Part shown: positions 1-13,709 of the stretch, one piece after another | How positions within the stretch are numbered: the stretch's first letter is position 1 | How the letters are laid out: every line of letters starts with the position of its first letter | From: Nemertoderma westbladi | Taxonomy: Eukaryota > Animalia > Xenacoelomorpha | NCBI GenBank assembly: GCA_032718475.1 | Contig: JAUCBJ010009128.1 | Span: 1-61,204, forward strand | DNA: 61,204 bases | Direction: 5' to 3' | Translations under genes and position numbers: made by a program | Notes under the pieces: model-generated | The model's database searches: none | What the model was told of the DNA's origin: nothing | Seen by the model: the letters and a program-made list of their open reading frames with translations, nothing else

Positions 1-62
1 CAGCAGCAGCATCAGCCTCCGATGTATCAGCTGTAGCTAGAAGCTACAGTTATTGTAACCGG

Positions 63-267
63 TAGTGCGGAGGTTGGGTGCAATCTTCGCCCGCGTCCAA
101 CCTTCGCCCGCGGGAAATTTTCGCCCGCGTCCAAGCTTCCCCGATTGGGGGAAAGGAGCAGGTTACAGAGATTAATTTTTCTAACCAAAACAATAAGCGA
201 GGTTGTTAACACTCATTTTGAGGGCGAAGATTGCTCGCGGGCGAAGTTTGCTGCGTCCCTAGCGCGG
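63..267. mobile_element. Small MITE-like inverted repeat with TTCGCCCGCG subterminal motifs
   Basis: Three copies of TTCGCCCGCG at 85-130 are mirrored by GGGCGAAG/CGCGGGCGAAG at 222-248. Confidence 0.5.
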
Positions 268-1391
268 AAGGTACAGTAGCTTTATATGGAGGTTTTTATT
301 CGCAGTCGTTTTGTAGTTTTACAATTTTGGAATATTACTGTATAGGTTTTGCAAAGAAGCATAATAATTGCGTGTTTTTTATCCTCGTTCTCACTACCTG
401 TATTCGTTCGTGCCACAAACAACTCGCTCGAATCAGCACGCTGCAAAGTACAACTTTACCCGCTAGTATGTAGTTATTTACAATATTATGATACTCGTCT
501 TTATTTATACTTACTCATTGTGCTCCTTATCTTGGGTAACAATCCAATATGTGTGAGTATCAGTATATAAAGTAGTATAGTGTATAGAGAATAGAGATTT
601 AGAGCATTGTTGGGTCCTGATGCCTGGGAGATGGGTCTGAGTTGATTTGTCTCAAATCCTTTCCACTTTGTACTGCAGTTTTGGTTCAAATTCTGAGTCC
701 ATAAAATGATTGACTCTATATTCGACCTTTGTTTAGTGGGGCTCATGTGAGCGCGCGCGGGGGGGGGGGGGGGGGGGGGGGGTGGTATTATAGGCCCTCT
801 GTATTGCTTTCCTAACCCCAATCAGGCTAACGAGCGACAGTAATTGGGATCGTTCGCTATACAGTAATTGACTTAGATCATTGTTCGTATCTTATAAACG
901 GCGTTGTTAAATGATTGCCATTGACACCGAGTATTACAACCCCGCAACTCCGGTTCAGCTATGTGTATTGTTATTGGGAAATATCTCGTGTAATTCAGTT
1001 CTTTCTTGATCTCTCATTTTCTCCAGATTAATCACCATTGAGTGGCGACTAATCTAATATAAAATCCAATTATTTACACTCATTCATATATTGTTACTTT
1101 ATCGGGGGACACCAAATGTTTATATCAATCAGCAAGAGAAGCCTTTTCAACTAAAACGCCCAGAATATTCCATTTATTTTTATGGAAAATATTTCGTATT
1201 TATTTGATGTGAGCCGCCCAAAAGTGGTACTTATACATTGAATGCGCGGCCTCGGTAATATAATAGTTCGATATTAATGGAGTGTAGATGATTGTTGGTC
1301 GTCCGCTGTATAATGAATCTACCTAAGACACCGATGTATCCAGGTAAACTCACCGACCAGACTAAAAGATGGCCGAATGCTGAAACCCAGG

Positions 1392-1881
1392 TCCGATTAT
1401 TTAGAGCAGCAGTAGTTCCAGTACTCCTCTACGGGAGTCCATGCTGGGCTCTAACTGCTGAGGACACCAAATCTCTGGATGGCACATTCACAAGAATGCT
1501 ACGCCGGGTACATTGTGTCAAGTACAATGCACACATCTCCAACCAGACACTATATAACATTGGAGGTGTCTCATTGGTTCCCCCAAGCTTGACACTAGAA
1601 CAAAATCGCCTCCGCTTTGCAGGACATTGCTTTCGCCGTGAGGACCAGCCAGTGCATAATCTTGTACTTTGGCAGCCTCATGGAGTGAATAAGCATGGTG
1701 GACAGCCCATGACTTTCTTGAGACGCATCTTAAAGGACACTGGCCTTAAAGATGCGGATGATCTAGCAAATGTCATGGGTGATAGGGAGTTGTGGCGGCG
1801 CAATTTTGTTGACAAGCCGGCACAGCATTCTTAAAAATGCAGCTGCAATGCAGCATGCCGATCCTAGTAGTAGTAGTAGTA
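1392..1881 (+). mobile_element. 5'-truncated RTE-like non-LTR retrotransposon, copy 1 (intronic)
   Basis: Encodes the RT C-terminal region (RLFRAAVVPVLLYGSPCWAL...RLRFAGHCFR), short 3' UTR and (TAG)n tail. 10-bp TSD GAAACCCAGG at 1382-1391 and 1882-1891. About 99% identical to copy 3. Confidence 0.9.
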
Positions 1882-2740
1882 GAAACCCAGGCGTCACTCG
1901 GGATATATGTACTTTCGTCGAAAATATTATCAATTATAAAATAATATTCGAATAGCCTTCATTAGCAGCAGCTTTATAGAGTAGAACTGACTTATTTAAA
2001 GCCTTGACTGTGGGATTTAAGTTTTAAAAATGGATAACATTTTCGAAATAAACAGCGATGCATATGACTGTGTGCCCAAGGATCTATTGTTTCTCAACTG
2101 TACCTCTCATATAGTGTTCCGCTCATTGACATCATGAATGTCTCACGCATGTTTGATGATAATAACTCTGATAATTCAAATCCTTATTAACGCATTGTAA
2201 ACAGTATAACAGTCGCTAATTCTGGCAAACGGATATATCATTATATAGTCCGTCCGTTAACCATTCATACATATAGTCACAGCTCAGTTCTTGGCCGACG
2301 CTGTTCCTTTGTAAAGACCATTAAGTGTTTGTTCTGAACATAATTATAGCCCTTTGTAGAGCCTTTTATCTTTTATATGAAATGGTTTCTCACCCGAGGA
2401 TATATCTTTAGTTTTATATACATTAAGGCGGCTCATAACTTGACCCATTATTCTCTCCATGGGTGACAATATTCCATTGTCTTCGCGTTGCATGTCCTAC
2501 TCCAACCAAGCATTGTAATTTCCCAACCCTGTTCTCGGCCCAATCAAACGTTTTAAAATGTAAAGATAAATCAAAATAATATAAGTTAATAACCACCTAT
2601 ATTAATATAGGGATTAAGTAATCTTTAATTAATATTTGGAATCACTTTTATTTAACATTAATCGTTTTGGGGGCCTTTTAATCTTTTAGATTTATTTATT
2701 ATAAAAGGTCGATTTTATGCGACTTTTATTGATCTTTTAG

Positions 2741-5700
2741 GTTTTGCGAGTCCCCGGCGTCGGACTATGAAAGTCGGTCGAACGGACGTGCGAAACGTAC
2801 GACAAGGTCGGGTACAGCCGCCGCTTCCGCACCCGGGTACAACGGTAGCTGTAGCAACGGGGCGGCCAGTGGATCCACGGATACCGTGGCGGGCAAGGTC
2901 AAGCTGAGAACCACGAACGGGAAGGGGCGGAGAAGCACGAACAATAGTATCAACGGACTCAACAACGGAGGCAACATACAGTCGACACAGGTGGGTTATA
3001 GGCTGAGTATAATATAGTACAACCGAGACGAACAGGCAAGCAAACTATACAAACTAATTTCCTCGTTTTTAAAATATACTATAAATATTCGCATTATGGG
3101 ATAAGGGAAGGAGGTAGGGGAAGGGGGTGTGGGGGCGATTTGACGCAAATCCCATCTCGACAAATTAATATCTCTTCTCAATGTTAAATTACCAATTTAG
3201 GGAAATGAGCAGGTTACAGTGGCACTAAAGTCAAATAATAAACTAAAGTCAATAGAACAGGTTACAGTTTAATTTTTAGGAGTAATCAGCTGTTATTTGC
3301 GTCGATTTTCCCTGGAGAGGGAGGAATTTTGATTGCATCGAAAGTCCCCCCCCCCCCCCCCCCCCACATCTGGTAAATAAATACTAACTAGTAACTAGGG
3401 TTAGGTTGAAGAATGGTCATTGAATTTCAATTTCACCCATAAACATTTGCCGGGAGGCTGTCTACGGTATAGTGTTAGTTGTAGTACTTTATAGGTAGTT
3501 TGTGAGGTTGTGTGGGTTGTGCATGATTGGGTGATTTACTCTCTCCACGTTGGCTGCTATTATATCATCGCATCCTATCCTCCCTTTGCCCCTTTAACAC
3601 ACCCCCCGGATGCGAAATGATTAGAATCGCGCTATCTCCAGATCCCGTGTGATTATTTGATGTGCTGATACAAGTCGTGTGTGTACCGGTACGCCAGTAG
3701 CTGCAAGCGGTGCCAGCCAACAACGGTTACTACACACGGCTGGTTGCTTTCCTTTATTAGTGGCCGTCCAATTACCCTGGCTTTCACATTGTTTGACCTT
3801 GAATGATTTATAACAACCGAAGGCCTGCCCTTTGTCCACTTACTTTGGTCTTCCCGAGGTCATATGCATTACGATTGAAGATTTAGCTTTTGCTTTCCCT
3901 ACGAATTGCGACAATCTTACAACTGTCACTTTGCTTAATCAACCTTCTTAAGTGGTATTTCTTCTCGCCTTGATAACATTTCTTTAGTCAGACGAGAGTC
4001 ACCATTTCATGTTCAATGTTTCTCTATACTATATACTTCTACTAGTACATGAACAAACATATCATGTCCACCTCCATTACAATCTTAACGGAATTGACAC
4101 AGCCAATCCCAATCGATGTACGATTGTGAGTAGCTTTCTAATTGCGTTTGTTATAGTTAATCTTTGACGTTAAGAGTATGTCATTTTGATTCATTTTTGT
4201 TTTAAATTTATTTGTAAATAATATTTTTGCTTTGGATCTATTTTCGTTATCCTAAAATTCTATCTCGTTAGTAAATGGGAATATTCAAGGCGATTTCCTT
4301 CAACTGAGTCGCTATAATTAGTTAATATCCGGTTTCCCAACGGCATAACTCTTCCATTATAATGAATCTCTAATGATATTCACAGCGCCTGTGCGATCGG
4401 ATAATGAAATTCGTGTGCGTTGATGATATTTCGGTTCATCGTATTACATCGGTCGGTCAAGGCACCGTAAATCGTCAACTTGTTCAAAGCGGCGCGGCTA
4501 ATCAGACTACAATAATAATGTTGTTTATATAACCCAAATTCAAAAAAAAAAATAATTCTGAATTTTATTGCATTGTGTTAACAGTAGTGTATTGTATTGC
4601 TAGATATGTGAACCGAACTATTTGTTGCAGTAATGATATCGTTCCATTCCGTTAATTTCCTATGCGTTCGTCCGAAGTTGGCGTTGAGAGGTTTTTTATG
4701 CGCGGCCTATATTCTATTAGTTAAACTAATTGTCGGCCTTCATTACCCGTAGTTGGTATCCCCCGGGATTGTTATTTGCGTAAAATCTCTTTTGTCACAA
4801 CAGCAGCCCTGAGAAAGGCAATGGGCGGGCTTTCATCCCATCTAACGGGACACCATTGGCCGTCCGTCCAGGCATCCAGCATCGATGAACCGAAATGGAG
4901 ATGGGGTTGTAGATTCAGCTAGCGTAGCTGCTGGCAACTCTACCAGCTGCGTTCACAGCGTATTAAATAGTGGTTATACGGGCTTCTAATCTGTATGTCT
5001 CTCTTTGCCATATGTCACTGACATAATTGGCTGGTTGGATCACGCATCGCTTAATCCACCCATAATCCTATCTTACAGTCTTACACTGATGTTTTTTATA
5101 TGCTACATACCGGTACTTACACACACGGACATATACAGTCAATTATCATTTTAGGCCAAACAAATTACGTATATGTTTTTATGAATTAAAACATAGTAAA
5201 GGTCGGTGTAGTGTGTAGAGAATAATATTCTCTACATTAATGGATGTTACCATTTTCACAATTTAATCACAAATAGCTTTTGTTTCAGTTTTCATTTAAG
5301 ATATTAATATACTACTCTATTATTATTATACTCAGCGGATATTCTATTGTTATTATTCTCAACTGTAATTTCCCAGCGTAGTAAAACATATCTGTTCTAG
5401 AGGCTATACCGTTCCTTAATTAATAACATTAATTATCGCCGCCCGCTATCATTGCGTTCCTTTTTACCGATGCGTTAAGGTTTTTCTTTTATTGGGGAAT
5501 AAATGTCTAAGTAAGCCCGTTAAAGTCAATAATATAATAATATATTATAAAGAGATATATTATATTGATTTCGTATAATCGAATGTCACCATAAACACAA
5601 AATTTATGCCAAATAGAAATCAACAAATGAGATAATTATAGAATTTATAAAATCGATTTGATTCATATATTTTAGTAATTTGTTTATGTTTTTAACTGCT

Positions 5701-8700
5701 GCGACGATGTAAAATTCCATGGCAATCACCTTAAACATCATCGCCTAATTAATTAACTAACTAATGATTGCACTCCTTTTCTGTTCCCAGGACGACTCCC
5801 GATCCGGATGTAAACGGAAGTTTACTGGGAAGCCGACAAGCGATTGTCCGACATCCAAAGATCCACCGACAACCGTCCCCGATCCCGAACCGATACTAGA
5901 CGATATTCCGCTCGCGAAGAAGGCTAAAACCGAACAGGAAACCGAACTCTGTGAATGCCCTGAGCCTAACTGCAACAAGAAATATAAGGTTTGGCGCATG
6001 AAAATCCCTGGATTTTTGAGTTAATGGCTCAAAATGACAGTAAATACCATGTTTAGTGGGAAAGGAGCAGGTTACAGTGGCAGTGTTTTATAACAAACTA
6101 AAACAATAAACAAAACCTTATTTCATATGCGCCCACTTTACGCTGGGGATCACTTTTTTTATTTTCTGTCAATGTGCGCCACTACCTGGTACTTTTTGAA
6201 CGCCCATTCTCACCTACCTAACTCAATGAAATTTCAGAACCAGGATCCCCCCCCCCCGCACCCCGCTGATATGTCTAATTAATTATAATACATAATGTTT
6301 AAAAATACTAATTAATTAATTGTACGATAATTATTATAAATCATTGTAGCACGAGAGCGGTTTAAAGTACCATCAGATGCACGCGCACCCCGAGACCCCC
6401 GATAATGCGTTTACAGTTCAACCGCCAGATGGCCCTAGTGAGGATAGCGACGACGATGAAAAACCGCTGAAGGTTAGCTTTACACAACCTTACTATATTC
6501 AACATGTTGTATTATACAGGAAAGTTCGAATTACTTTCAGTTTCTTTCACATAGTTGTTTACTCTTATGCGTCACTGTGAACTACAACTAAGGATGTGGG
6601 CTTTTGCTTTAGTCTTGTCATTATCCTATACCGACAAATATTATTAATCTTTGACGAAATGAAGACGTCAAGCATTGTTAATGATACGGTTTTTTTTTCA
6701 TAGAGTCCCTATAGTACTATAATAATAACAAGGCTCGTGTTTGCGTAGATATATCGATGGGTCGAGGTTGTTTAGCTTGTGGAGGGCCGAGCGAGGCGGT
6801 GCCTAGCCACCCCACGGGTCGCTTTCCGCTGGCGGACAACTCGCGGGATTATTATTCCTTGGGGGTTCGCGCGGTTCCTACCGATCTCGAGGCAGATAGA
6901 TATAATATGTCGGATTGGCGTTGTTGCCTCTCATATAAAGCGCTCGCCATGGGCAGCTGCAGTTCGGTTTCAAAGCGTTGTGATTGGTTGTTGGGTTTGT
7001 GTTGGATGATTAAACGCCAGTTCCCTGTGTGTCGATGTTCGCCCAACCAGCCAGAGAGCCCTGGTATATCTTATTAATACCAATGAATGTCACCGTTCCA
7101 TTAATTATTGATCCACTTTGATCCGAGAAGTTTGTGCATCACATCCTCTACACCCATGTTTTCGTTATCTGTGTAATTAGTGTCTACTGAAACCAAGGTC
7201 AATGTTAATGTAACAACATTAACAACGTACAGGTTTTCCTTTATTTATTTATCCCCCCAAACTGTTGATGTGGACAAGGATAACTTTCAACGTCTTCGTT
7301 ATTTGGTTAAAATCAATGCAGTTTTCTACTTTTATACTAAATTAACAGTTTTCCGCTTCAATTAATTATTATGATTTAATGTTGAAAATGTAACGTGATT
7401 TTTTTCACATTACATTTCAAGTCATTTTCACAGCTGTTTCAAAGTTAAAATGTTGTAAAATCGTAATTAAATTCACAGTAATCCCTTTTTTACAGTAATT
7501 AAGTACTTCATCACACTGAGCCTTTCATCTTATTTACTCGTTTCAGTTTCTTTCCCAGCCACATGCCGACTTTCTTGATCGGGCAGACAGTGTCGCTTCC
7601 CAACACATTATAGCATCGGACGCCCATAAATATGAGTCACTCTAAATTAATGCATGACAATTAATTCGCGTATTACATATTTAATGGCCTATTTAAGTGG
7701 CTGGCATATGTATATTATTGGTGTCTAGACACCTTCGTAATTTAAGTATCCTAGAGTTACAGCAATCCATAATATATCTTTCGCAGTGATTTCTAATACC
7801 GATGTTAAGTAAAAAGCCAAAACTTATACACCAAGTTCAGACACCAAGTTATTAGATAGGTAGGCTACTTTATTTACCATAGGAAGTGAAGCTAACAAAG
7901 TAAGAAATGTACCGGTACATAATGCGCCATGACAAGCCTAGCCTGTAATACCAAGGTTAACGCCGCCAATCGAACATGAATAGCCACCCATTGCAATTAG
8001 GCATTTTAACCTTTAAGCACCAAATATCAACATAAAATAATGTAATCAATGTTATCGGCAAACATGAAACACATTAGGCAACGCGAAGGCTCATTGAGCA
8101 TGGCATGAGACAACGTGTCAAACCTAGATAGAGGGACATTACGACGAATAAGTATAAAATGAATCCCTCTCTAGGGGAAAATCGACACAAACAACTCCAA
8201 AATATATAACTGTACTCGTACTGTAACCTGTTCTATTGACTTTAGTTTATTGTTCTGGTTAGAATAACGTGCCTCTGTAACCTGTTATATTGATTGACCT
8301 GTGGATTAGTTAGTACTATGATAAACGAATGCTTAATGATTTGAAAATAAATATGTTCGAAACATTTTAATATCTCATTACTGGAATTAAAGTTACATTA
8401 ATTCATTATATTCTGCAGATTAATCTCGATGAAGTTGTCCTCCCTAAGCGCCTCAGAGACCGTCTGGAAGATCCTTACAGCTCTTCGCTAATAACCGACA
8501 CCGAACTTATAGTTAACAATAACTGCCACGCCGCTGGCCGGAAGAAGAGAGGAGTCGAGGATTTAAGGAAGAGTTTACCAACCAGCCCGGGAAAACAAGG
8601 TTCGTTCGGGAACGCCAACTCTTTATTTATCACTAAAATTAGCTTTATCTTAAACATTTACTTTATCTCCCTTTGAGAAACAATAGTAATGGTGATAGCA

Positions 8701-11700
8701 GCGCTTACTAATATTACTTTATTTCACTAGCTTATTATTGCTTTAAAAATATTTTTCTTTGGATCACAAAATTTGTAATAGAAAGGCCAAGCCGTAGTTA
8801 GTTAGAATACAAATTATCTATGTGCTACCACGATAAAATAAATTGTTGTTAAATAAAGTAAAATTTGGTTGGGTTTGGCGTTTGTTTCTCTCTTTTAGAA
8901 TTATTAGTTCGTATTGTTAAGGAAAACTTTTTTACCTTCATTTTTTGAATTATTGTTAGAAATGTTATTATTATTGCAGTTGATGTTCAGTCTGGGGGGA
9001 ATATTTCTATTAAAACTGGTTCCCGCGATGAAATGCTTCTTGTTACCACGGCGACAGCCACACCTACTAGTCCCCAAACCCCTACTACGTCATTGGCTCT
9101 CTCGTCACAACCCTACAAGGTGTGCTCCAGTCCGTGCAAGCAGTCGCCGCAAGGTGGCGCCACCGACTGTAAGAAACAACAACCCTCCTCCAAACACCAG
9201 CGGCCAATCGCCCCCGCGCCCCCGGTTCCACCGCCCCAGTTGGTTCCCATAGCGACCACGTTCGCGGGCCCGTTGGGCGCGGTCGCGGTGACCAGCCCGG
9301 CGGCCCCCGGTAAGTCGGGATTTCCGTCGCCGCCGACTCAACTGAAACCCATCCAACCGAAACCTCCGGGGTTTCACGCGACGGCCAAACCGGAGAAACA
9401 GTCGGCGGTGCAGCCGATCGCCACGTTAACGCCATCCGCCGTCGGCCAACTTAAACCCAAAGGTAAACGCGACGACGACGTCCCTGGAACTAAACCCGCT
9501 GCTACTCCGCGAACCAAGGAAACCTCGATAAAGACGGAGGCCGTCAGTCCGGTTTATTCCGACATCAGTGAGGGTTCGTCGGAGGAACCGAGAATCCGTC
9601 CGGACGCGATGTCCCCCGACGTCGCAAAGAAACCGTCCGGAACCGCTTCCGCTCATCGCCCCCTCGATATTATACCCTCGCGACCTCACATGTCTGTTAT
9701 CAGGCCCGTATCCATGGCGACCAGGGAGCAGCAGGAGGGTGGTTACGACCTTTTCGGTATCGAGAAACGCCGGAGTCAGTTAGAGTTGAAACTGGGCGAG
9801 TCGTCGCCCCGGGAGACTGTTAACCGTGACGGGAAACCGGAAGTTCGGATCCCGCCAACGCGGATCCTCGACCCCAAACCGAGCGAACCGTCGTCCTCCG
9901 TCGATACCAAACCGCGCTTCTCGGCGGCTCCGAAACCGTCCACGTCGCCGTCGTCCAACGCGATCCCGTCCAGCAAGGAATCCAAGAAGGACTCTCGCGG
10001 CTACCCACTGCCCCCGATGGGAGCCGCTCCCTTCCACAACCATTACCTCCCGTCTCCCTTTAACTTCCCCAACTCGCAGTCGAACAGCCCCTTCCCGGTG
10101 CCGCAATCGCAGCCGTTCCCGGCCACCTCCCAGACCCAGTTCCCCCCCGCTACTCACTTCCCCCCTTCCAGTGGATTCGCGCCCCCTCCCCCCTTCCTGT
10201 ACCCCGGGGGCGGTTCCCCGTCGGCGCCGGCCAGCGCTGTAGTCGCCCCTTGGAAGCACGTTGCCCCCGCAGCCACAGAGGATGTCGATGATAAACAACC
10301 CAGACCGACCGGCCCCAAACCTATAGATATGCTTCAGCAACACGCCAGACAATATTACGAGCCCAAGGTCAGTTAATTCTTAAAGTTGTATCAATTTTCT
10401 TTTGAGAAGTTTTTTTAGATTAGAAAAACAGTGAAATTTTAAAATCTAAGTTTATTATATAGAATCCTCATAAAGTCGCACTTAGAAATATTACATTTAC
10501 TAAGTTGACTTTAAGTTGTTAGATGTGAAAATATTAATTAATATGAATATTTAATAATATTAAATAAATATTATATAAATATTATAATTAATGTGTTCCA
10601 TCTATAATGGGTGTATATCCCTCCAGTTAATTATTCCTTATTGAATTTAATTAATTAACACTTCCTTTCCTCCAGGATGGCAATTCACCTGTTCATATGA
10701 ACACCCCACGATCCCCCGCGGGGAAAATATCCGAATTCCCGATGCCCGGAAAGGATAAACCGTCGACCGGCCCATCCGGAATGTCCGAAACTCGTCCAGA
10801 CGGCGTAGTGCGACCGGAGGACGACTCCACTCGGTCCCCACCCCCCATGCGACATCTACACACCCACCATCATACATTCGTGGGTGCCATCCCCCCGGGC
10901 TACCCTATGCTACCCCAGGGGCACCAGTATGACCCATACGGTGGTAAGTATTAGATTAAAAATTCGTGTGTCAATAACACTGAACACATCTCCAATCAGG
11001 CTCTATACAACATTGGATGTGTTTCATAGTCTCCCTTAGTTTAACACTTGAACGGGACCGCCTCCGCTTTGCAGGACATTGCTTTCGCCGTGAGGACCAG
11101 CCAGTGCATAATCTTGTACTTTGGCAGCCTCATGGAGTGAATAAGCATGGTGGACAGCCCATGACTTTCTTGAGACGCATCTAAAGGACTCTGGTCTTGA
11201 AGATGCGGATGATCTAGCAAATGTCATGGGTGATAGGGAGTTGTGGCGGTGCGATTTTGTCGACAAGCCGGCACAGCATTCTTAATATATATGTAATATA
11301 TGTAATGCAGCTGCAATGCAGCATGCCGATAGTCGTAGTAGTATTAAATTAAACATACGAACATTTTTTATTGACATTCCACGTTTTTTCAGTATTGTGG
11401 GGCGAGCCACGTTGTGGGCGAATTCTTTCCAATACTACGCATATTGCATCACCTGAGATGCAATATACAATCGGCGTGATTAGTTCAGTTTACAGCCGTA
11501 AAGACGCCCTGCAATTGTAGATTTACAATTTAGACTTGCGTATATAGCTTTTTCTGCATGATATCGTGACCATAGAGCCAGAACAACACATACCACAATT
11601 TTTTGGTGAGTGTTGTTCTGGCTCTTTGGTCACGATATAATGTTTTTATTGGTGATTATAATTGAAATTAAAACAACCAAGTTGTTGCTACTTAGTAACT

Positions 11701-11810
11701 AACGCTTTATTCCTTATTTGTTTATTACAGCAATGCTGAGTCAAGCAGCTATGACATCAGGTTACCATGGCTCTGCACAGCCATCTACACAACCGCATAA
11801 CAACAGATGA
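2741..11810 (+). CDS. ZNF608/ZNF609: ZNF608/ZNF609 (brakeless/scribbler)-like zinc-finger protein, 5'-partial. Exons 2741-2990, 5791-5988, 6350-6472, 8419-8599, 8980-10367, 10676-10943, 11731-11810
   Basis: All six introns are GT-AG with consistent phases (0,0,0,1,0,1), giving 829 in-frame codons ending at TGA 11808-11810. Family motifs: (R)FCESPASD, a single C2H2 finger CPEPNCNKKYK|HESGLKYHQMHAH split by an intron, SPVYSDISE, and C-terminal RHLHTHHHT. Upstream exons lie outside the window. Confidence 0.92.
3196..3280 (+). repeat. Dispersed repeat with core GGAAAGGAGCAGGTTACAGTGGCA; related copies at 147-200, 6052-6112, 8221-8286 (reverse) and weakly 60855-60888
   Basis: Recurring AGCAGGTTACAG and AAACTAAAGTCAATAGAACAGGTTACAG blocks in both orientations. 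Confidence 0.65.
10961..11339 (+). mobile_element. 5'-truncated RTE-like retrotransposon, copy 2 (mosaic), next to a splice donor
   Basis: 11057-11285 is near-identical to copies 1 and 3, while 10965-11056 is a diverged homolog. Degenerate (TAG)n tail. Imperfect 14-bp TSD AGTATTA(G/A)ATTAAA at 10947-10960 and 11340-11353. Confidence 0.85.
11561..11638. repeat. ~78-nt foldback hairpin in the last intron of the ZNF608/609-like gene
   Basis: ATATCGTGACCATAGAGCCAGAACAACAC pairs with GTGTTGTTCTGGCTCTTTGGTCACGATAT with one mismatch. Confidence 0.8.
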
Positions 11811-13703
11811 CGACACAACCAGCCTGACTTAATCCATATAGTTGACTAACTCTCTATAGTAACTGATCCAGGTGGTACCAGCCAAAAACTAACCAATGTG
11901 GTGTCAACCAATGTGGTGTCAGCCAAGGTGTAAAGACGTTTTAGTAATTGAACAGCCACGGCGAGAGCTGATAAGTGAAGACTAGCCAATATAAATGGCT
12001 AACGGCGAATGGGATCACAGCGGGAATGTGATTGGACATTGATTCGCGCAAGTTAATGATTAATAATGATGAACTCACGAGAATTATTGGCTGATAAATT
12101 AGTGATTGTTTGGAATCGCGGTATACACGGAATTTGTTAGGTATAATGTTTTTTATAATAATGCAATGATTTCTATCACCCCTATCATTTTGTTTAGATA
12201 TAGATGATTCGCTTTGTACGGTTGTTTTATATGTGGTGGTCGGTAGTGTATGCTGTCTGGTCTGGTAGTCTGGTACGCCTCTCAGTAAAATTAAAATGTC
12301 AGAATTTTAAATGTTCCATAAAAATTTATATTAGCTATTGAATATATATAACCAAACCAATGAGCTATTTGTATCATTTCAAAATTGTGTATTATTTTTC
12401 TTGTCTGTATGATATTATTCATTACATGTAATTTTTCAAACAAATGACGTTAAAATTTGAACTAAATTGTAATTTTATAATTCCAAATCATTAAGCGTTT
12501 TTAAAACTATCTTTATCTTGGCTTACGTAACAAAATCATTCAATCGTATTAGTTTTAAAAGTTCCTTAAAAATTAATATGAACTATAATCGCATTAATTT
12601 TTTCCGATATTTAGGTACTTCCAGACTGTATTTTGTATGCTTCTATAATGTTTAGATTATTCTAGAATTTAGTCATTAATGGTGCTATTAAACCTATATT
12701 CTTACATTGTGTCTTTCTAGTTTCGTCTCTTTTTCTCAATCTTTCTAAGTGTATTTTATTTATAAGTAATTGTTTGTACACGAGATACATTGTAACGTTA
12801 CTAACGGCTTATTATTATTATTATTGCATCTGTTTAGATTTCGTATACTTAGGTTCTAGGTAATATAGACCGATTGATCGTGCAATGTTTAATTCCATAT
12901 GCATGTTAATTCACCCGCGTCAAGTGTTTGCCTATTTTGATTAAGTAAACTTTGTAGTTTTCTTAATATTAATAATAATTAATTAACTAATTACTTGTTT
13001 ATTCCTTCGATTCATAACTGCTTACTTAATTGATTGATTACATTTGGTGTTGTGTTCACAATAACTGTTGGTAACAGATATCAATACTTCCTAATGTTGT
13101 TTATATACGCTCCTGTTAATTAATAAGTATTTAATTACTTGTAATTAATTATTTGAGTTCTTGAACTATGTAATCAAAATAAAAATGTTCTAATGTTTTT
13201 TCTTAACGTTCAGACACTTATTTCCTTTGTAATTATTTAAATTCCTTACCAATTATCATTTAGGTCTATCATTAAGCGATTAATTTTATCACAACACTCC
13301 CCCCTTAAAGTATCACCATTTCTGATTCGATACTCAATATTTAAATTTTTACTACTAAATTAAAATATTTATAAATATTTAATTATTTACTATTACCTAG
13401 TCTATTACACAGTGCATATTTACATTATTAGGTTTGTTAGATGATCATTAAATTTCGTACATAAAAGATAAAATAATATAGGCCTTACCGGTCTATACAA
13501 CTCCAACATTAAGTTGAATACTATTATCCTCCACCTATAAACTACTGTTTATTCTAACCCCATTACAGATTGTGCATTATTATTATTAACTATTTTGGTT
13601 TGTAATGTTAATCGGTGCCTAGTTTTATAGTTTCGCATTACAGTGTATGCCTTCGTGTCACACCATAGGTGATGCTACAATCCGTAAAGGTTTCAGTAAA
13701 TTC

Positions 13704-13709
13704 AATAAA
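13704..13709 (+). terminator. Candidate polyadenylation signal ending a ~1.9-kb 3' UTR of the ZNF608/609-like gene
   Basis: AATAAA followed ~15 nt later by a GT-rich tract (cagtgttggtgtt), just before repeat-rich DNA begins. Other AATAAA hexamers occur upstream. Confidence 0.35.

Noticed and set aside
1292-1834. 180-aa stand-alone gene
   Set aside because: Chance fusion of intron sequence to a truncated LINE ORF; the TSD marks the junction.
9085-10352. Overlapping antisense and alternate-frame ORFs within the large ZNF exon
   Set aside because: Expected shadows of GC-rich coding sequence.
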